Positions 20,051 through 30,458 of a stretch of 64,000 nucleotides of DNA are shown one piece after another. The notes below the pieces were generated by a model, which searched no databases, had not been told where the DNA came from, and saw only the letters and a list, made by a program, of their open reading frames with translations. Both the position numbers and the translations under genes were made by a program. How positions within the stretch are numbered: position 1 is the first letter of the stretch; every line of letters starts with the position of its first letter. The DNA is from Clostridia bacterium (GTDB lineage: Bacteria; Bacillota; Clostridia; UMGS1840): assembly GCA_045661305.1 (NCBI GenBank), contig JAZRFJ010000006.1:14375-78374 (forward strand), written 5' to 3'.

Positions 20051-20497
20051 CTTTATGAGGGTAAAAAGGTTGTTGTACCTACAACAAGCTTAGCTGATGT
20101 ATTTCCTTGTATGGTAAGCTTTGACGAAACAAAAAATGAGGACGAAAACCTTGCAACTATGGTTGAAGTTCTTTCAAATGTTAAAAACGGTCAGGTAACT
20201 TATGCTGTAAGAGATTCTGTTTTTGATGATGTTAAAATCAAAGAGGGCGAAATTATGGGCCTTTGCGGAAGCAGTATTCTTACAAAGGGAAAAGACATAA
20301 ATAAAGTAACACAGACCTTAATCGGAAAGCTTATTGACGATAACAGCCAGATGGTTACTGTTTATGCAGGTAAAGACATTTCATCAGATGTTATGAATGA
20401 GCTTGAAGAGGCTTGCACTAAGAAATTTAAAAATACTGAATTTTCATTTTACAGAGGCGACCAGCCCGTGTATTATTATCTTGTTTCTGTTGAATAA
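20051..20497 (+). pseudogene. yloV: YloV C-terminal portion in the same frame as 18890..20050, separated only by the TAG
   Basis: The frame is identical ((20111-18890) is divisible by 3). The translation LYEGKKVVVPTTSLADVFPCMVSFDE... continues the YloV C-terminal domain. There is no RBS before the internal ATG at 20111. Confidence 0.7.
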
Positions 20498-20499
20498 TT

Positions 20500-22539
20500 A
20501 TGGAGCTTTGGGATATATCTTTAAATAAAATTAAAGGAATATCGGAAAAAAGGGAAAGATGCTTAAATAAATTAGGTATCCTTTCCCTTTCAGATATGCT
20601 TTCATTTTATCCTAAAAGCTATGAGAACAGAACTGTACTGAAAAAAATTAATAGTCTTACAAACGGTGAGAGTGTAAGTATAAGAGCTAAGGTTTTATCT
20701 ATTCAAAAGCGAAAGATAAACCAAAAGCTTGTTGTTACTAATATTTTGGTAAGTGATGATACAGGTGCTGTACGGCTTGTTTTTTTTAATAGAGAATATG
20801 TGGTTTCTACATTAAAGGAGGACGAAGAATACACTTTTTTCGGAACAGTTTCTTTTGAATATGGAAGTCTTGTCATAAAACAGCCTGAATTTGAAAAAGC
20901 AACTAATACAACTTTTTCGGATTCATACTTGCCTTGTTATCCGCTAACCCAAGGACTTACGCAAAATATAATGCGGACTATAATGAAAAATGCACTTGAG
21001 TATGCGTCTTTATATATGGAAGAAACCCTGCCTTTTGAGTTAAGGCAGAAATACAGCCTTTGTGAAAAGCTTTATGCTATTAAAAACATACATTTTCCAA
21101 AAAACGAAAATTCCCTTAAAAGTGCTTCTGAAAGGATTGCTTTCGAGGAAATTTTCTATCTTATTTTAGGACTCAGGACAATTAAGGACAGACAGCAGCT
21201 TAAAAGCGGACCTTATTTTTCAAATTATAAAATTGCAGAAGAACTTGCAGAAAAGTTGCCTTTTGAGCTTACTGACGCACAAAAAAATGTTGTTCGGGAA
21301 ATATGTAAGGATTTAAAAAACAAAAAATGTGTAAACAGACTTATCCAGGGTGATGTCGGAAGCGGAAAAACAGTCGTTGCGGCTATGATAATGTTAATAT
21401 GCGCTTCAAACGGTTATCAGGCGGCTTTGATGGCACCGACAGAAATTCTGGCAAGACAGCATTATGAGGAGTTAAAAAAATATTTTGAGCTGTTTGGCTT
21501 CAAAACAACGCTACTTGTTTCCGATTTAAGAAAAAAGGAGCGTGGCGAGGCACTTCTCAGCATAAAAAACGGTGAGGCACAAATTGTAATAGGAACAAAT
21601 GCCCTTGTTTTTGATAAAGCCGAGTTTAATAACTTAGGCTTGTGTGTTATAGATGAACAGCACAGATTTGGTGTTAATCACAGAAAGCGTCTTAGAGAAA
21701 AAGGAGAAAATGTTCACACTGTTTTAATGACAGCAACGCCTATCCCAAGAACGCTTGCACTCATTATATATGCTGATATGGATGTTTCTGTTATAGAAAA
21801 GATGCCTGCGGGAAGACGAAAGGTAATAACAAAAATTGCAGGCGAAAATGAGCGTAATGAGATTTATAATTTTATGATAAGCGAGCTTAAAAAAGGCAAC
21901 AAAGCTTTTGTTGTTTGTCCGCTTATTGAGGAAAGTGAAAGCTTAGATGTAGAAAATGCCGTTAGGTTACATAATGAACTTCAAAACGGTATTTTGAAAG
22001 AGTTTTCTGTCGGTCTTCTACACGGAAGACTTAAAGGAAGCGAAAAAGACAGCGTTATGACAGATTTTGCTATGGGAAAATACGATGTTCTTGTTTCCAC
22101 TACTGTTATAGAGGTTGGCATTAATATTCCCGAAGCTACTGTAATGATTATAGAAAATGCTGATCGTTTTGGTCTTGCGTGCCTTCATCAGCTAAGGGGA
22201 AGAGTAGGCAGGTCACACCGCCAGTCATATTGTTTTCTGACAACCCAGAACAAAAACAGTGCTACGCGTCTTAAAATTATGGAAAAAACAAATGACGGCT
22301 TTGAAATAAGCGAGGCGGACCTAAAAAACAGAGGCCCCGGTGACTTTTTCGGAACTCGTCAAAGCGGAGATATGAATATAAAATTGCAAAATATTTCTTA
22401 TGATATGAGAATTGTTTCAAAGGCAAAGGAGTGTGCTGTTTTTATTTCGGAGAATGACCCCCAAATTTCAAAATATGAAAACAGAAATATTAAAAAACAG
22501 CTTAACCGTATGTTTAACAGTTCCCAAAATACTATGTGA
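20500..22539 (+). CDS. recG: ATP-dependent DNA helicase RecG
   Basis: 679 aa with a wedge/OB N-terminus and helicase motifs GDVGSGKT, DEQHRFG, TATPIPRT and QLRGRVGR. Confidence 0.96.
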   Translation: MELWDISLNKIKGISEKRERCLNKLGILSLSDMLSFYPKSYENRTVLKKINSLTNGESVSIRAKVLSIQKRKINQKLVVTNILVSDDTGAVRLVFFNREYVVSTLKEDEEYTFFGTVSFEYGSLVIKQPEFEKATNTTFSDSYLPCYPLTQGLTQNIMRTIMKNALEYASLYMEETLPFELRQKYSLCEKLYAIKNIHFPKNENSLKSASERIAFEEIFYLILGLRTIKDRQQLKSGPYFSNYKIAEELAEKLPFELTDAQKNVVREICKDLKNKKCVNRLIQGDVGSGKTVVAAMIMLICASNGYQAALMAPTEILARQHYEELKKYFELFGFKTTLLVSDLRKKERGEALLSIKNGEAQIVIGTNALVFDKAEFNNLGLCVIDEQHRFGVNHRKRLREKGENVHTVLMTATPIPRTLALIIYADMDVSVIEKMPAGRRKVITKIAGENERNEIYNFMISELKKGNKAFVVCPLIEESESLDVENAVRLHNELQNGILKEFSVGLLHGRLKGSEKDSVMTDFAMGKYDVLVSTTVIEVGINIPEATVMIIENADRFGLACLHQLRGRVGRSHRQSYCFLTTQNKNSATRLKIMEKTNDGFEISEADLKNRGPGDFFGTRQSGDMNIKLQNISYDMRIVSKAKECAVFISENDPQISKYENRNIKKQLNRMFNSSQNTM

Positions 22540-22554
22540 GAATGAGGTGAAAAT

Positions 22555-23214
22555 GTGTTTGATAATATAAGAGCAGATGTCAGGGCGGTTATGGAAAGAG
22601 ACCCTGCAGCGAAAAATGTTTTTGAGGTGTTTTTTCTTTATCCTGGGGTCCGTGCTTTAAGAATGCACAGGAGAGCCCACTTTTTCTGGCAATGCAAGCT
22701 TAATTTTATAGCAAAAGCAATCGCATTTTCAGCAAGGAAAAAAACGGGAATAGAAATACATCCCGGAGCAAGAATTGGAAAAGGTGTTGTTATTGACCAC
22801 GGAATGGGAGTTGTTATAGGGGAAACTGCTGTTGTTGGTGACGGCTGTACTATATATCAGAATGTTACTTTAGGCGGAACAGGTAAAGATAAAGGAAAAA
22901 GACATCCTACTATCGGAAATAATGTAATGATAGGTGCAGGTGCAAAAATTTTAGGACCGTTTAATGTTGGTGACCATTCCAAAATTGCGGCAAATTCAGT
23001 TGTTTTATCAGAAGTACCGCCAAATTCAACTTGTGTCGGTGCACCGGCAAGAGTTGTTAAGATAAATGATAAAAGAGTTATGGATAAGAACTGGGAGCTT
23101 GACCAGACTCATATTCCTGACCCTGTTGCACAGGAATTGTGTAAGATGTTAATTCGTCTTGAAAAACTCGAAAAAAAGGGAGACCGGAAGGAGAAAAAAT
23201 ATGAAAATTTTTAA
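22555..23214 (+). CDS. cysE: Serine O-acetyltransferase
   Basis: It has a GTG start, the sequence MFDNIRADVRAVMERDPAAKN and hexapeptide repeats (IHPGARIGKGVVIDHGMGVVIGETAVVGD). Confidence 0.93.
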   Translation: MFDNIRADVRAVMERDPAAKNVFEVFFLYPGVRALRMHRRAHFFWQCKLNFIAKAIAFSARKKTGIEIHPGARIGKGVVIDHGMGVVIGETAVVGDGCTIYQNVTLGGTGKDKGKRHPTIGNNVMIGAGAKILGPFNVGDHSKIAANSVVLSEVPPNSTCVGAPARVVKINDKRVMDKNWELDQTHIPDPVAQELCKMLIRLEKLEKKGDRKEKKYENF

Positions 23215-24595
23215 TACTTTAACAATGAAAAAAGAAGAGTTTGTGCCTATTGAGGAAAATAAGGTTAAAATTTATGCTTGCGGACCGACAGTTTATGACT
23301 TTTTCCATTTGGGTAATGCAAGACCGTTTATTATATTTGATACTTTAAGAAGATATTTTGAATACAGAGGCTACGATGTAAAATTCGTTCAGAATTTTAC
23401 TGATATAGACGATAAAATGATAGCAAGAGCAAATAAAGAGGGGATTACCGTCAAGGAACTTGCTGAAAGATTTATCAAAGAGTATTATGAGGACGCAAAA
23501 GGTCTTAATGTAAGAGAAGCATCTGTTCACCCAAGAGCAACTGATGTTGTTGAAGATATTATAGAAATGTGCAAAACTCTTATCGAAAAAGGATATGCTT
23601 ATGAGTCAAACGGTGATGTTTATTTCTCAACAAAAAAATTTAAAAGCTACGGAAAGCTTTCACATCAGCCTTTGGAGGACTTAGAGGCAGGTGCAAGAAT
23701 AGATGTTACTGACCTTAAAAAAGACCCGATGGATTTTGCTGTATGGAAAAGCAAAAAAGAGGGCGAGCCTTCATGGGAGTCCCCTTGGGGTGAGGGCAGA
23801 CCTGGTTGGCATATCGAGTGCAGTGCTATGGTAAATAAGTATTTAGGAAAAACAATAGATATTCATTGCGGAGGAAAAGACCTTGCTTTCCCGCACCATG
23901 AAAACGAAATTGCACAGTCCGAGGCTGCAAACCAGACAGAGTTTGCACACTACTGGATGCATAACGGATATATAAATATAGATAACAAAAAGATGTCAAA
24001 ATCTTTAGGAAATTTCTTTACTGTAAGAGAGCTTTCAAAGAAGTTTTCATATGATGTTATAAGATTTTTTATGTTAAGCGCTCATTACAGAAGTCCTATT
24101 AATTTTTCCGATGAGCTTTTAAAACAGTCGCAGACAGGTATGGAAAGAATCGTTAAATGCCTGGAAAATCTTAAATTCTTATCTGAAAAGCTTGCAGACG
24201 GAAAAATGACTGATGAAGAAAAAGACACTCTTGATACATTCAAAAATCAGTTTATTTCACATATGGACGACGACCTTAATACTGCCGATGCAATTTCCGA
24301 CATTTTCGAGGCTGTAAGAGTGATTAATACAAAGGTAGCAAATGAACCGAAAAAGGAATATGTAGATTATGCTTATTCACTTATAAGAGAGCTTTGCGAT
24401 GTTTTGGGAATAATTCCCGAAAAGGAAGAAAAAGGCGATATTGATGAAGAAAAAATAATAAGCCTTATTGAAAAAAGAGCAGAGTGCAAGAAAAATAAGG
24501 ACTATTCAGGTGCAGATGCTATAAGAGCAGAGCTTTCAGAGATGGGAATTGTGCTTGAAGATACAAGAGAAGGCACAAAGTGGTCGAGAGTGTAA
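23201..24595 (+). CDS. cysS: Cysteine--tRNA ligase
   Basis: MKIFNTLTMKKEEFVP..., a HIGH-like HLGNARP and KMSKS. The RBS GGAAGGAG precedes the ATG at 23201. The ORF-track start at 23159 is an over-extension into cysE. Confidence 0.95.
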   Translation: MKIFNTLTMKKEEFVPIEENKVKIYACGPTVYDFFHLGNARPFIIFDTLRRYFEYRGYDVKFVQNFTDIDDKMIARANKEGITVKELAERFIKEYYEDAKGLNVREASVHPRATDVVEDIIEMCKTLIEKGYAYESNGDVYFSTKKFKSYGKLSHQPLEDLEAGARIDVTDLKKDPMDFAVWKSKKEGEPSWESPWGEGRPGWHIECSAMVNKYLGKTIDIHCGGKDLAFPHHENEIAQSEAANQTEFAHYWMHNGYINIDNKKMSKSLGNFFTVRELSKKFSYDVIRFFMLSAHYRSPINFSDELLKQSQTGMERIVKCLENLKFLSEKLADGKMTDEEKDTLDTFKNQFISHMDDDLNTADAISDIFEAVRVINTKVANEPKKEYVDYAYSLIRELCDVLGIIPEKEEKGDIDEEKIISLIEKRAECKKNKDYSGADAIRAELSEMGIVLEDTREGTKWSRV

Positions 24596-24600
24596 AAAAA

Positions 24601-25038
24601 ATGAAACCAAAAATTTTAGTAAGTGCGTGCCTTATAGGTGAGCCTGTCCGTTATGACGGTAAAGACAAAAATACAATTAGTGAGCTTTTAAAATTAAAAG
24701 AAAAATATGATATTATCCCGATATGCCCAGAGGTTATGGGAGGACTTTTAGTTCCAAGACCAAAAAGCGAAATAAAGGATGATAAAGTAATCAATATCTT
24801 AGGAAAAGATGTTACCGAAAATTTTAAAAAAGGTGCAGAAAAAGCATTAATGCTTGCAAAAGAAAATAAGGTTTTGTTTGCTCTTTTAAAACAAAGCTCA
24901 CCGTCTTGCGGAACAAAGACCATTTATAACGGTAACTTTGAAAATGTTAAGATTTCAGGGATGGGTGTAACAGCAAAGCTTCTTTTTGAAAATGGAATAA
25001 CTGTTTATTCCGAAGAAGATATTGAAAATCTGTTCTAA
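24601..25038 (+). CDS. DUF523 (YbbK-like) family protein
   Basis: MKPKILVSACLIGEPVRYDG ... PICPEVMGGL..PRP ... SPSCG is the pattern I recognise as DUF523. Confidence 0.75.
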   Translation: MKPKILVSACLIGEPVRYDGKDKNTISELLKLKEKYDIIPICPEVMGGLLVPRPKSEIKDDKVINILGKDVTENFKKGAEKALMLAKENKVLFALLKQSSPSCGTKTIYNGNFENVKISGMGVTAKLLFENGITVYSEEDIENLF

Positions 25039-25062
25039 CATTTAGGTATAATATTTTAAGGA

Positions 25063-26094
25063 GTGATGTGGGTTTTGATAAAAAAAATAGTTTCTTTTAT
25101 AATTGTTGTGATATTTTTGTCATCCCCATTATGTGTAAATGCTGCCTGGGAGCCTGATGTAATCCGTGTTTATAAAAAAGTTATCACAGATGAACAATTT
25201 TCAGAATTATTTAATGAGGCATCAAAAACTTTTGATGCTTACGGAGTTACTGAAGAATATGTAACCGATAAATTGAAAACTCTTATTTCGGATGTTATAA
25301 ATACTGCACTTGCGGACAAAAAAAGCGGAAAGCTTACAAAAGGCAATGCGAAAACTGAAATGAAGCCTATAATAATTCAGCATATTCTTGCACTTGATGC
25401 AACTGTTTTTGCTATCATTACAGATAATCTTTCAGAAGAAGAACTAAATAAGTCTTTTGCAGGAGAGTTTCCAAAGAGATTTAACAGCCTATATAGTGTG
25501 CTTTATACAGAGCTTTGGTATATTTTAGGATATACCGAGCGTGGAGTAGAAATAATATTTGATGATATGCAAGGCTATGAATGGGCAAATGAGGCGGTTG
25601 ACACATTATTCAATGCAAAAATCGTGAACGGAATGAGCGACTTTTTATATTGCCCCAAACAGTTTGTAACAAGAGAACAGTTTGCCAAGCTTCTTTGTGC
25701 AGCATTCGACATCGAAAAAGGCGAGCTTGAGGTTTCATTTAGTGATGCTGATAAAAATGCGTGGTATTATCCGTATATTGAAATTATGGCATCAAACGGA
25801 CTTATAAACGGTATAGGAAACGGCATATTTGGTGTAGGAAGTAATATAACAAGACAGGATATGGCAGTAATGATGTACCGTGTGGGCGAGAAACTGAAAT
25901 ATTTTTCACTCTCACCGACTAATTATCCTTTTAATGATTCTGGTTTGATAGCCCCTTATGCAATTAAGGCAGTAAACACCCTAAGGGAGCAGGGGATTGT
26001 AAACGGGGACAATATGGGTAATTTCAATCCGACCTCAAATGCAACCCGTGCAGAAGCCGCACAGATTATTTATAATATGTATAAGTTAAAGTAA
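25063..26094 (+). CDS. Secreted SLH-domain (cell-wall anchored) protein
   Basis: It has a signal peptide and three C-terminal SLH repeats (F.D...WA..AV..L....I..G, TREQFAKLL, TRQDMAVMM, TRAEAAQII). The exact start is uncertain (25063, 25066 or 25075). Confidence 0.85.
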   Translation: MMWVLIKKIVSFIIVVIFLSSPLCVNAAWEPDVIRVYKKVITDEQFSELFNEASKTFDAYGVTEEYVTDKLKTLISDVINTALADKKSGKLTKGNAKTEMKPIIIQHILALDATVFAIITDNLSEEELNKSFAGEFPKRFNSLYSVLYTELWYILGYTERGVEIIFDDMQGYEWANEAVDTLFNAKIVNGMSDFLYCPKQFVTREQFAKLLCAAFDIEKGELEVSFSDADKNAWYYPYIEIMASNGLINGIGNGIFGVGSNITRQDMAVMMYRVGEKLKYFSLSPTNYPFNDSGLIAPYAIKAVNTLREQGIVNGDNMGNFNPTSNATRAEAAQIIYNMYKLK

Positions 26095-26097
26095 ATG

Positions 26098-26128
26098 GGC
26101 TGTGACAAAATTTTATTTTGTCACAGCC
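26098..26128. terminator. Convergent terminator between the SLH gene (+) and the LtaS-like gene (-)
   Basis: A 13-bp stem, GGCTGTGACAAAA / TTTTGTCACAGCC, followed by a T-rich tract on +. Confidence 0.8.
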
Positions 26129-26132
26129 TCTT

Positions 26133-28043
26133 TTATTTACTATACTGTTTACCGTTAATTATATCAAATTCTATAAGCTCAAATTTCTTTTGGAGCGGTT
26201 TATCTTCTTTTAGAATATCATCTATCGTTTCCATATTCTGATTTTTTATTGCAGAATTTTCATATACAGGGTATTTTGTGTAGAACTCATCTAAAAATGC
26301 ATAATACCATGGAATACTCTCAAGGTTTGCCATCTGTGCAATTTTTACACCTAAGTTCCCCGCACTTATCTCTTCTGGAAATTCATAAGAAGAAATATCA
26401 TAGTTTGCCCATACAACATACGGTGTTTTGTAAAGCTGTTCAAACTCGGAATAATTAAATGATGCTTTTTTCTCTACAAATCCGCCGTCCTGATAGGTGC
26501 TTCCCTCAGTTCCGAGTAGCGGAAGATGGTCGCCGTACATTACAATAAGCGTCGGCTCTGAAACATTTCTAAAGTAGTCCACAAGCTTTTTTAATGCAAC
26601 ATCAGTATCATATACGCCTTGTGTAAAATCCCTAAGTCCCTGCAGATCAGTTTCGGATATAACATCTGAATTTACTTCTATATCATAGGTGTCATATCGC
26701 TGCTTTGCATAATCACCGTGATTTTGCATGCTTATTCCAAAAACAAATATTCTCTCCTGTTTCTTTTCTTCATACATCTTGATAATATCATTTGTAAGCT
26801 GCATATCAGATATATACCAACCTCTGTACTGGGGTTCTTCAAGCTCGTCCATACCAATGAATTTTTCAAAGCCCATAAGAGGATACGCCTTGTTTCTTCC
26901 GTAAAAATTCTTTCTGTACGGGTGGTATGCGACAGTTTGGTATCCGTTTTTAAGGCATACAGAAGCGAGAGAGGGGGTTGGTGAAGTAATAGATTGTATA
27001 TACGGATAAACAGCAACAGGAAGATACCTTGTTGTAAAGCCTGTCAAAAACTCAAATTCAGGCATACATGTTCCACCTGCAAAAACAGGTGAAACAAGAA
27101 CTCCGCCTTTTCCCTCAGCCATTATTTTTCTTGTGTGTGATAAAGGGTCTTTAGAAAAGGTTGCATTTGGAATTAGCGAAGAATCCCACCACGCCTCATT
27201 TTGAATAGCGATAATATTCGGTTTTATCGATTCATTATCTGTAATTTCGGAAGAGGTGGTTTTTGAAGTGTATTCTTCCTTTAATTCGAGCATTGCCTTT
27301 TTTGAATAAGCTTTTGGTTTATCCATAATTATATTTCCTATACGGGGGAAAAATGTAAGTACAAGTCCGTTTGACATGTAATCTGCCTTAGGATTAAATG
27401 CTGCAATTTGTACATTATGTTTTGCCAAAACTTTGAAACGAAAATCATCATTTAAACAAACCAAGTAAACTGTGAATATACAAAATACAAGCCCGATTGA
27501 GGTGATTGCTACTCTTGTGCGTTTTTTTATGCACAGCTTTTTCCCTTTTTTTCTTTTTTTTACATCAAGTACGATGAACAATAAGCATGATGCTACACAA
27601 ATCAGAAGTGCAATTATATGTGACATCAAAAAGGGAAGTTCAACAAACCCCGCTATGTTTCCAAGCTCTCCCAAAAGAAGAAAATCAGTTGGAAGTAACG
27701 GGTCGCCTGTTAGAATACAAATTATGTCATTTGCAAGCGCCATTGTATAAAAAAATGCACACATAACAATATTTGCAATGCTCACTCTTTGAATTATAAC
27801 AAGAAGTCCTGCAAAAAAAGCGAGCAAAAAAGTATATGAAACGGAAAGCTTAAATAAAAGATGTCCGCCCTTTAAAAAGTCAATGATACTCCACCCATAA
27901 GAAAGGTGTATTACTTCAAGTGAAAAAAGAAGTATAAGCGGACAAAGAAAAAAGCCGAGTATATTAAGATTACTTTCTTTTATTTTATGAAAACGCTTTA
28001 TAATATGTAATTTTACTGTTTTAAATATTTCTGATATTTTCAT
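26133..28043 (-). CDS. LTA synthase family protein (membrane-anchored sulfatase-like phosphoglycerol transferase)
   Basis: 636 aa with a polytopic N-terminus and an extracellular sulfatase-fold domain (IIAIQNEAWWD, GGTCMPEFEFLTG, MYGDHLP). Confidence 0.8.
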   Translation of the reverse strand: MKISEIFKTVKLHIIKRFHKIKESNLNILGFFLCPLILLFSLEVIHLSYGWSIIDFLKGGHLLFKLSVSYTFLLAFFAGLLVIIQRVSIANIVMCAFFYTMALANDIICILTGDPLLPTDFLLLGELGNIAGFVELPFLMSHIIALLICVASCLLFIVLDVKKRKKGKKLCIKKRTRVAITSIGLVFCIFTVYLVCLNDDFRFKVLAKHNVQIAAFNPKADYMSNGLVLTFFPRIGNIIMDKPKAYSKKAMLELKEEYTSKTTSSEITDNESIKPNIIAIQNEAWWDSSLIPNATFSKDPLSHTRKIMAEGKGGVLVSPVFAGGTCMPEFEFLTGFTTRYLPVAVYPYIQSITSPTPSLASVCLKNGYQTVAYHPYRKNFYGRNKAYPLMGFEKFIGMDELEEPQYRGWYISDMQLTNDIIKMYEEKKQERIFVFGISMQNHGDYAKQRYDTYDIEVNSDVISETDLQGLRDFTQGVYDTDVALKKLVDYFRNVSEPTLIVMYGDHLPLLGTEGSTYQDGGFVEKKASFNYSEFEQLYKTPYVVWANYDISSYEFPEEISAGNLGVKIAQMANLESIPWYYAFLDEFYTKYPVYENSAIKNQNMETIDDILKEDKPLQKKFELIEFDIINGKQYSK

Positions 28044-28121
28044 TGATAGACCTCTTTTTTATATACTTTCAATATTATACATCAATATTTTAGAAAAGTC
28101 AATTTAAAACACCAAAAAAAC

Positions 28122-28160
28122 AAAAAAGAGATATATCCGTTTTGGATATATCTCTTTTTT
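28122..28160 (-). terminator. Intrinsic terminator after the EF-G paralog (bidirectional shape)
   Basis: A 12-bp stem, AGAGATATATCC / GGATATATCTCT, with A6 on one side and T5 on the other. Confidence 0.85.
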
Positions 28161-28177
28161 AAGGGAATTTAATTATT

Positions 28178-30247
28178 TTAGTCCTCTTCTTCTCTTACAT
28201 ATTTACTTGATTTGATTACATTTTCGATAATATGTGCAGGTGCTTCTTCGTATCTTACAAATTCAAATTCAAATTTTCCTCTGCCCTGTGTCATTGAACG
28301 AAGGTCAATCGCATATTCAGCCATTTCCGAAACAGGAATTTCAGCCTCAATCTGCTGTGTTTTTGAATTTATAGGTGTCATTCCAAGAATACGACCGCGT
28401 CTTTTATTAACATCGCCGATGATGTCGCCTGTGTAGTCATTAGGAACTATAACAGATAATGCACCGTAAGGCTCCAATAGTGTGCTTTGTCCTTCCTGCA
28501 TAGCTTTCATAAATGCTTTGTGTGCAGCAGTTTTGAATGCCATTTCAGATGAATCAACAGGGTGGTATGAGCCGTCAAACAATGTTGCTTTAAGTCCTAC
28601 AACAGGATAGCCTGCTAAAACACCGTGAGCTGTACTTTCTTTTAAGCCCTTTTCGATAGCAGGGAAGTAGTTTTTCGGAACTGCACCGCCTACAACTCTT
28701 TCTTCAAATATAAGCTCATCACCGTCATGCGGCTCAAATTCAATAAGACAATGTCCGTACTGACCATGTCCGCCTGATTGTTTTTTGTGCTTTCCTTCAA
28801 CGCTTACTTTTCTCTTTAATTTTTCTCTGTAAGCAACCTGAGGTGTCTGAAGCTCAAGCTCTATGTTATATCTTGCTTTTAATTTGCTTATAATAACATC
28901 AATATGCTGTTTTCCTACGCCACAAAGAACAAACTGTTTTGTCTGTGTATCATTGTAGTATTTGATTGTCGGGTCTTCCTCTGCCATTTTTGACAATCCT
29001 GAACTGATTTTTTCCTCGTCACCTTTTTCTTTTGTAACGATTGCAACCTTAACATGAGGAGTAGGGAATTTGATTTCTTTTATTTTTATGTTATCATTTG
29101 CTGTTGATAAAGTATCGTTTGTTTTTGTAACTGAAAGCTTAGCAACACAACCAATATCGCCTGCTGAAAGTTCCTTGACTTCGATTTGTTTTTTGCCTTT
29201 TGGAATAAACAGCTTTGAAATCTTTTCTTTTGTGCCTTTATTGATATTATAAAATTCCATATCAGGCTTAACTGTTCCTGAAATCACTTTGAATATTGAA
29301 AGCTTTCCGATAAACGGGTCTGAAATTGTCTTAAAGACAAAAAGTCTTGTAGGACCTTCGTCAGAATAAGAAACCTCTGTTTCAGATTCATCTGAAATAT
29401 CAATTGCTTTTTCAGGGCTAAGCTCGTCAACTGCAGGGAAATAGTCAACTATTGCATTAAGTAAACCTTTTATTCCCATATTTTTTATACTTGAGCCGAA
29501 CATAACAGGAGTGATACTGCAATCACGGACACCTGTTCTGATAGCAGCCATAACCTCTTCCGAAGTAAATTCTTCGCCGTTAAAATATTTATCCATAAGC
29601 TCTTCGCTTGTTTCTGCGATAGCTTCATACATCTGGTCTTTTGTTTCAGCACATACTTCAAGCATATGGTCTGAAAGCGGAATGTTTTCTCTTGTTTCAA
29701 AATCTCTTGCTCTTTTATGTATAAGGTCAACATACCCTATAACCTTGTTATTAATGCTTAAAGGTACATAAAACGGAGCGATTGATTTTCCGAATGTTTC
29801 TTTAAGGTCGGAAACTACCTGCTGATAGTTCGCATTTTCATCATCTATATCATTAATAAATATAATTTTCGGCATATTTTTTCTCTCGGCATAATTCCAT
29901 GCATTTTCACTTCCTACACCGATTCCGTCTTTTCCGCTTACCAAAATAACAACGCTGTCAGCAGCACGAAGTCCGCCTGCCATTTCACCTTCAAAATCGA
30001 AAAATCCCGGAGTATCTATAATGTTAATTTTAACATCCTTCCATGTACCGCTTGCAAATGCTGATGAAATAGAAATCTGTCTTTTTGTTTCTTCAGGGGT
30101 GTAATCCATTACGGTATTACCGTCAGGAATTTTTCCTGCTTTATCAATTTCTACCATATTAACAAGCATTGACTCTGCCAATGTTGTCTTTCCGCATCCT
30201 CCGTGAGCTGCAAGCGCTATGTTGCGTATTTTTCCTTTTGCAATCAT
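28178..30247 (-). CDS. Elongation factor G paralog (EF-G2-like translational GTPase)
   Basis: About 689 aa with the full EF-G five-domain layout (EF-G IV/V motifs [28 protein letters not shown]). Its G motifs are divergent: AHGGCGKT, DTPGFFDF and NDID. The likely start is the ATG at 30247; the ORF-track TTG at 30256 is too close to the RBS. Confidence 0.88.
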   Translation of the reverse strand: MIAKGKIRNIALAAHGGCGKTTLAESMLVNMVEIDKAGKIPDGNTVMDYTPEETKRQISISSAFASGTWKDVKINIIDTPGFFDFEGEMAGGLRAADSVVILVSGKDGIGVGSENAWNYAERKNMPKIIFINDIDDENANYQQVVSDLKETFGKSIAPFYVPLSINNKVIGYVDLIHKRARDFETRENIPLSDHMLEVCAETKDQMYEAIAETSEELMDKYFNGEEFTSEEVMAAIRTGVRDCSITPVMFGSSIKNMGIKGLLNAIVDYFPAVDELSPEKAIDISDESETEVSYSDEGPTRLFVFKTISDPFIGKLSIFKVISGTVKPDMEFYNINKGTKEKISKLFIPKGKKQIEVKELSAGDIGCVAKLSVTKTNDTLSTANDNIKIKEIKFPTPHVKVAIVTKEKGDEEKISSGLSKMAEEDPTIKYYNDTQTKQFVLCGVGKQHIDVIISKLKARYNIELELQTPQVAYREKLKRKVSVEGKHKKQSGGHGQYGHCLIEFEPHDGDELIFEERVVGGAVPKNYFPAIEKGLKESTAHGVLAGYPVVGLKATLFDGSYHPVDSSEMAFKTAAHKAFMKAMQEGQSTLLEPYGALSVIVPNDYTGDIIGDVNKRRGRILGMTPINSKTQQIEAEIPVSEMAEYAIDLRSMTQGRGKFEFEFVRYEEAPAHIIENVIKSSKYVREEED

Positions 30248-30458
30248 TAAAATCAACTACCTTTCCAAATGTGTATTTTGTAATTCTTTCCCGATATATA
30301 TAATAGAAAAGAAAATTAATATATACATAATATATCATTAACAATATTATACAACTTCTTTTGAAAAAAATCAACTAATTTTTTGTAAAAAATAAATAAT
30401 TTTTTTGTATAGTTTTAACAAAAATAAAATTATTCTGGAACTTTTTTGCAAAAAACAC

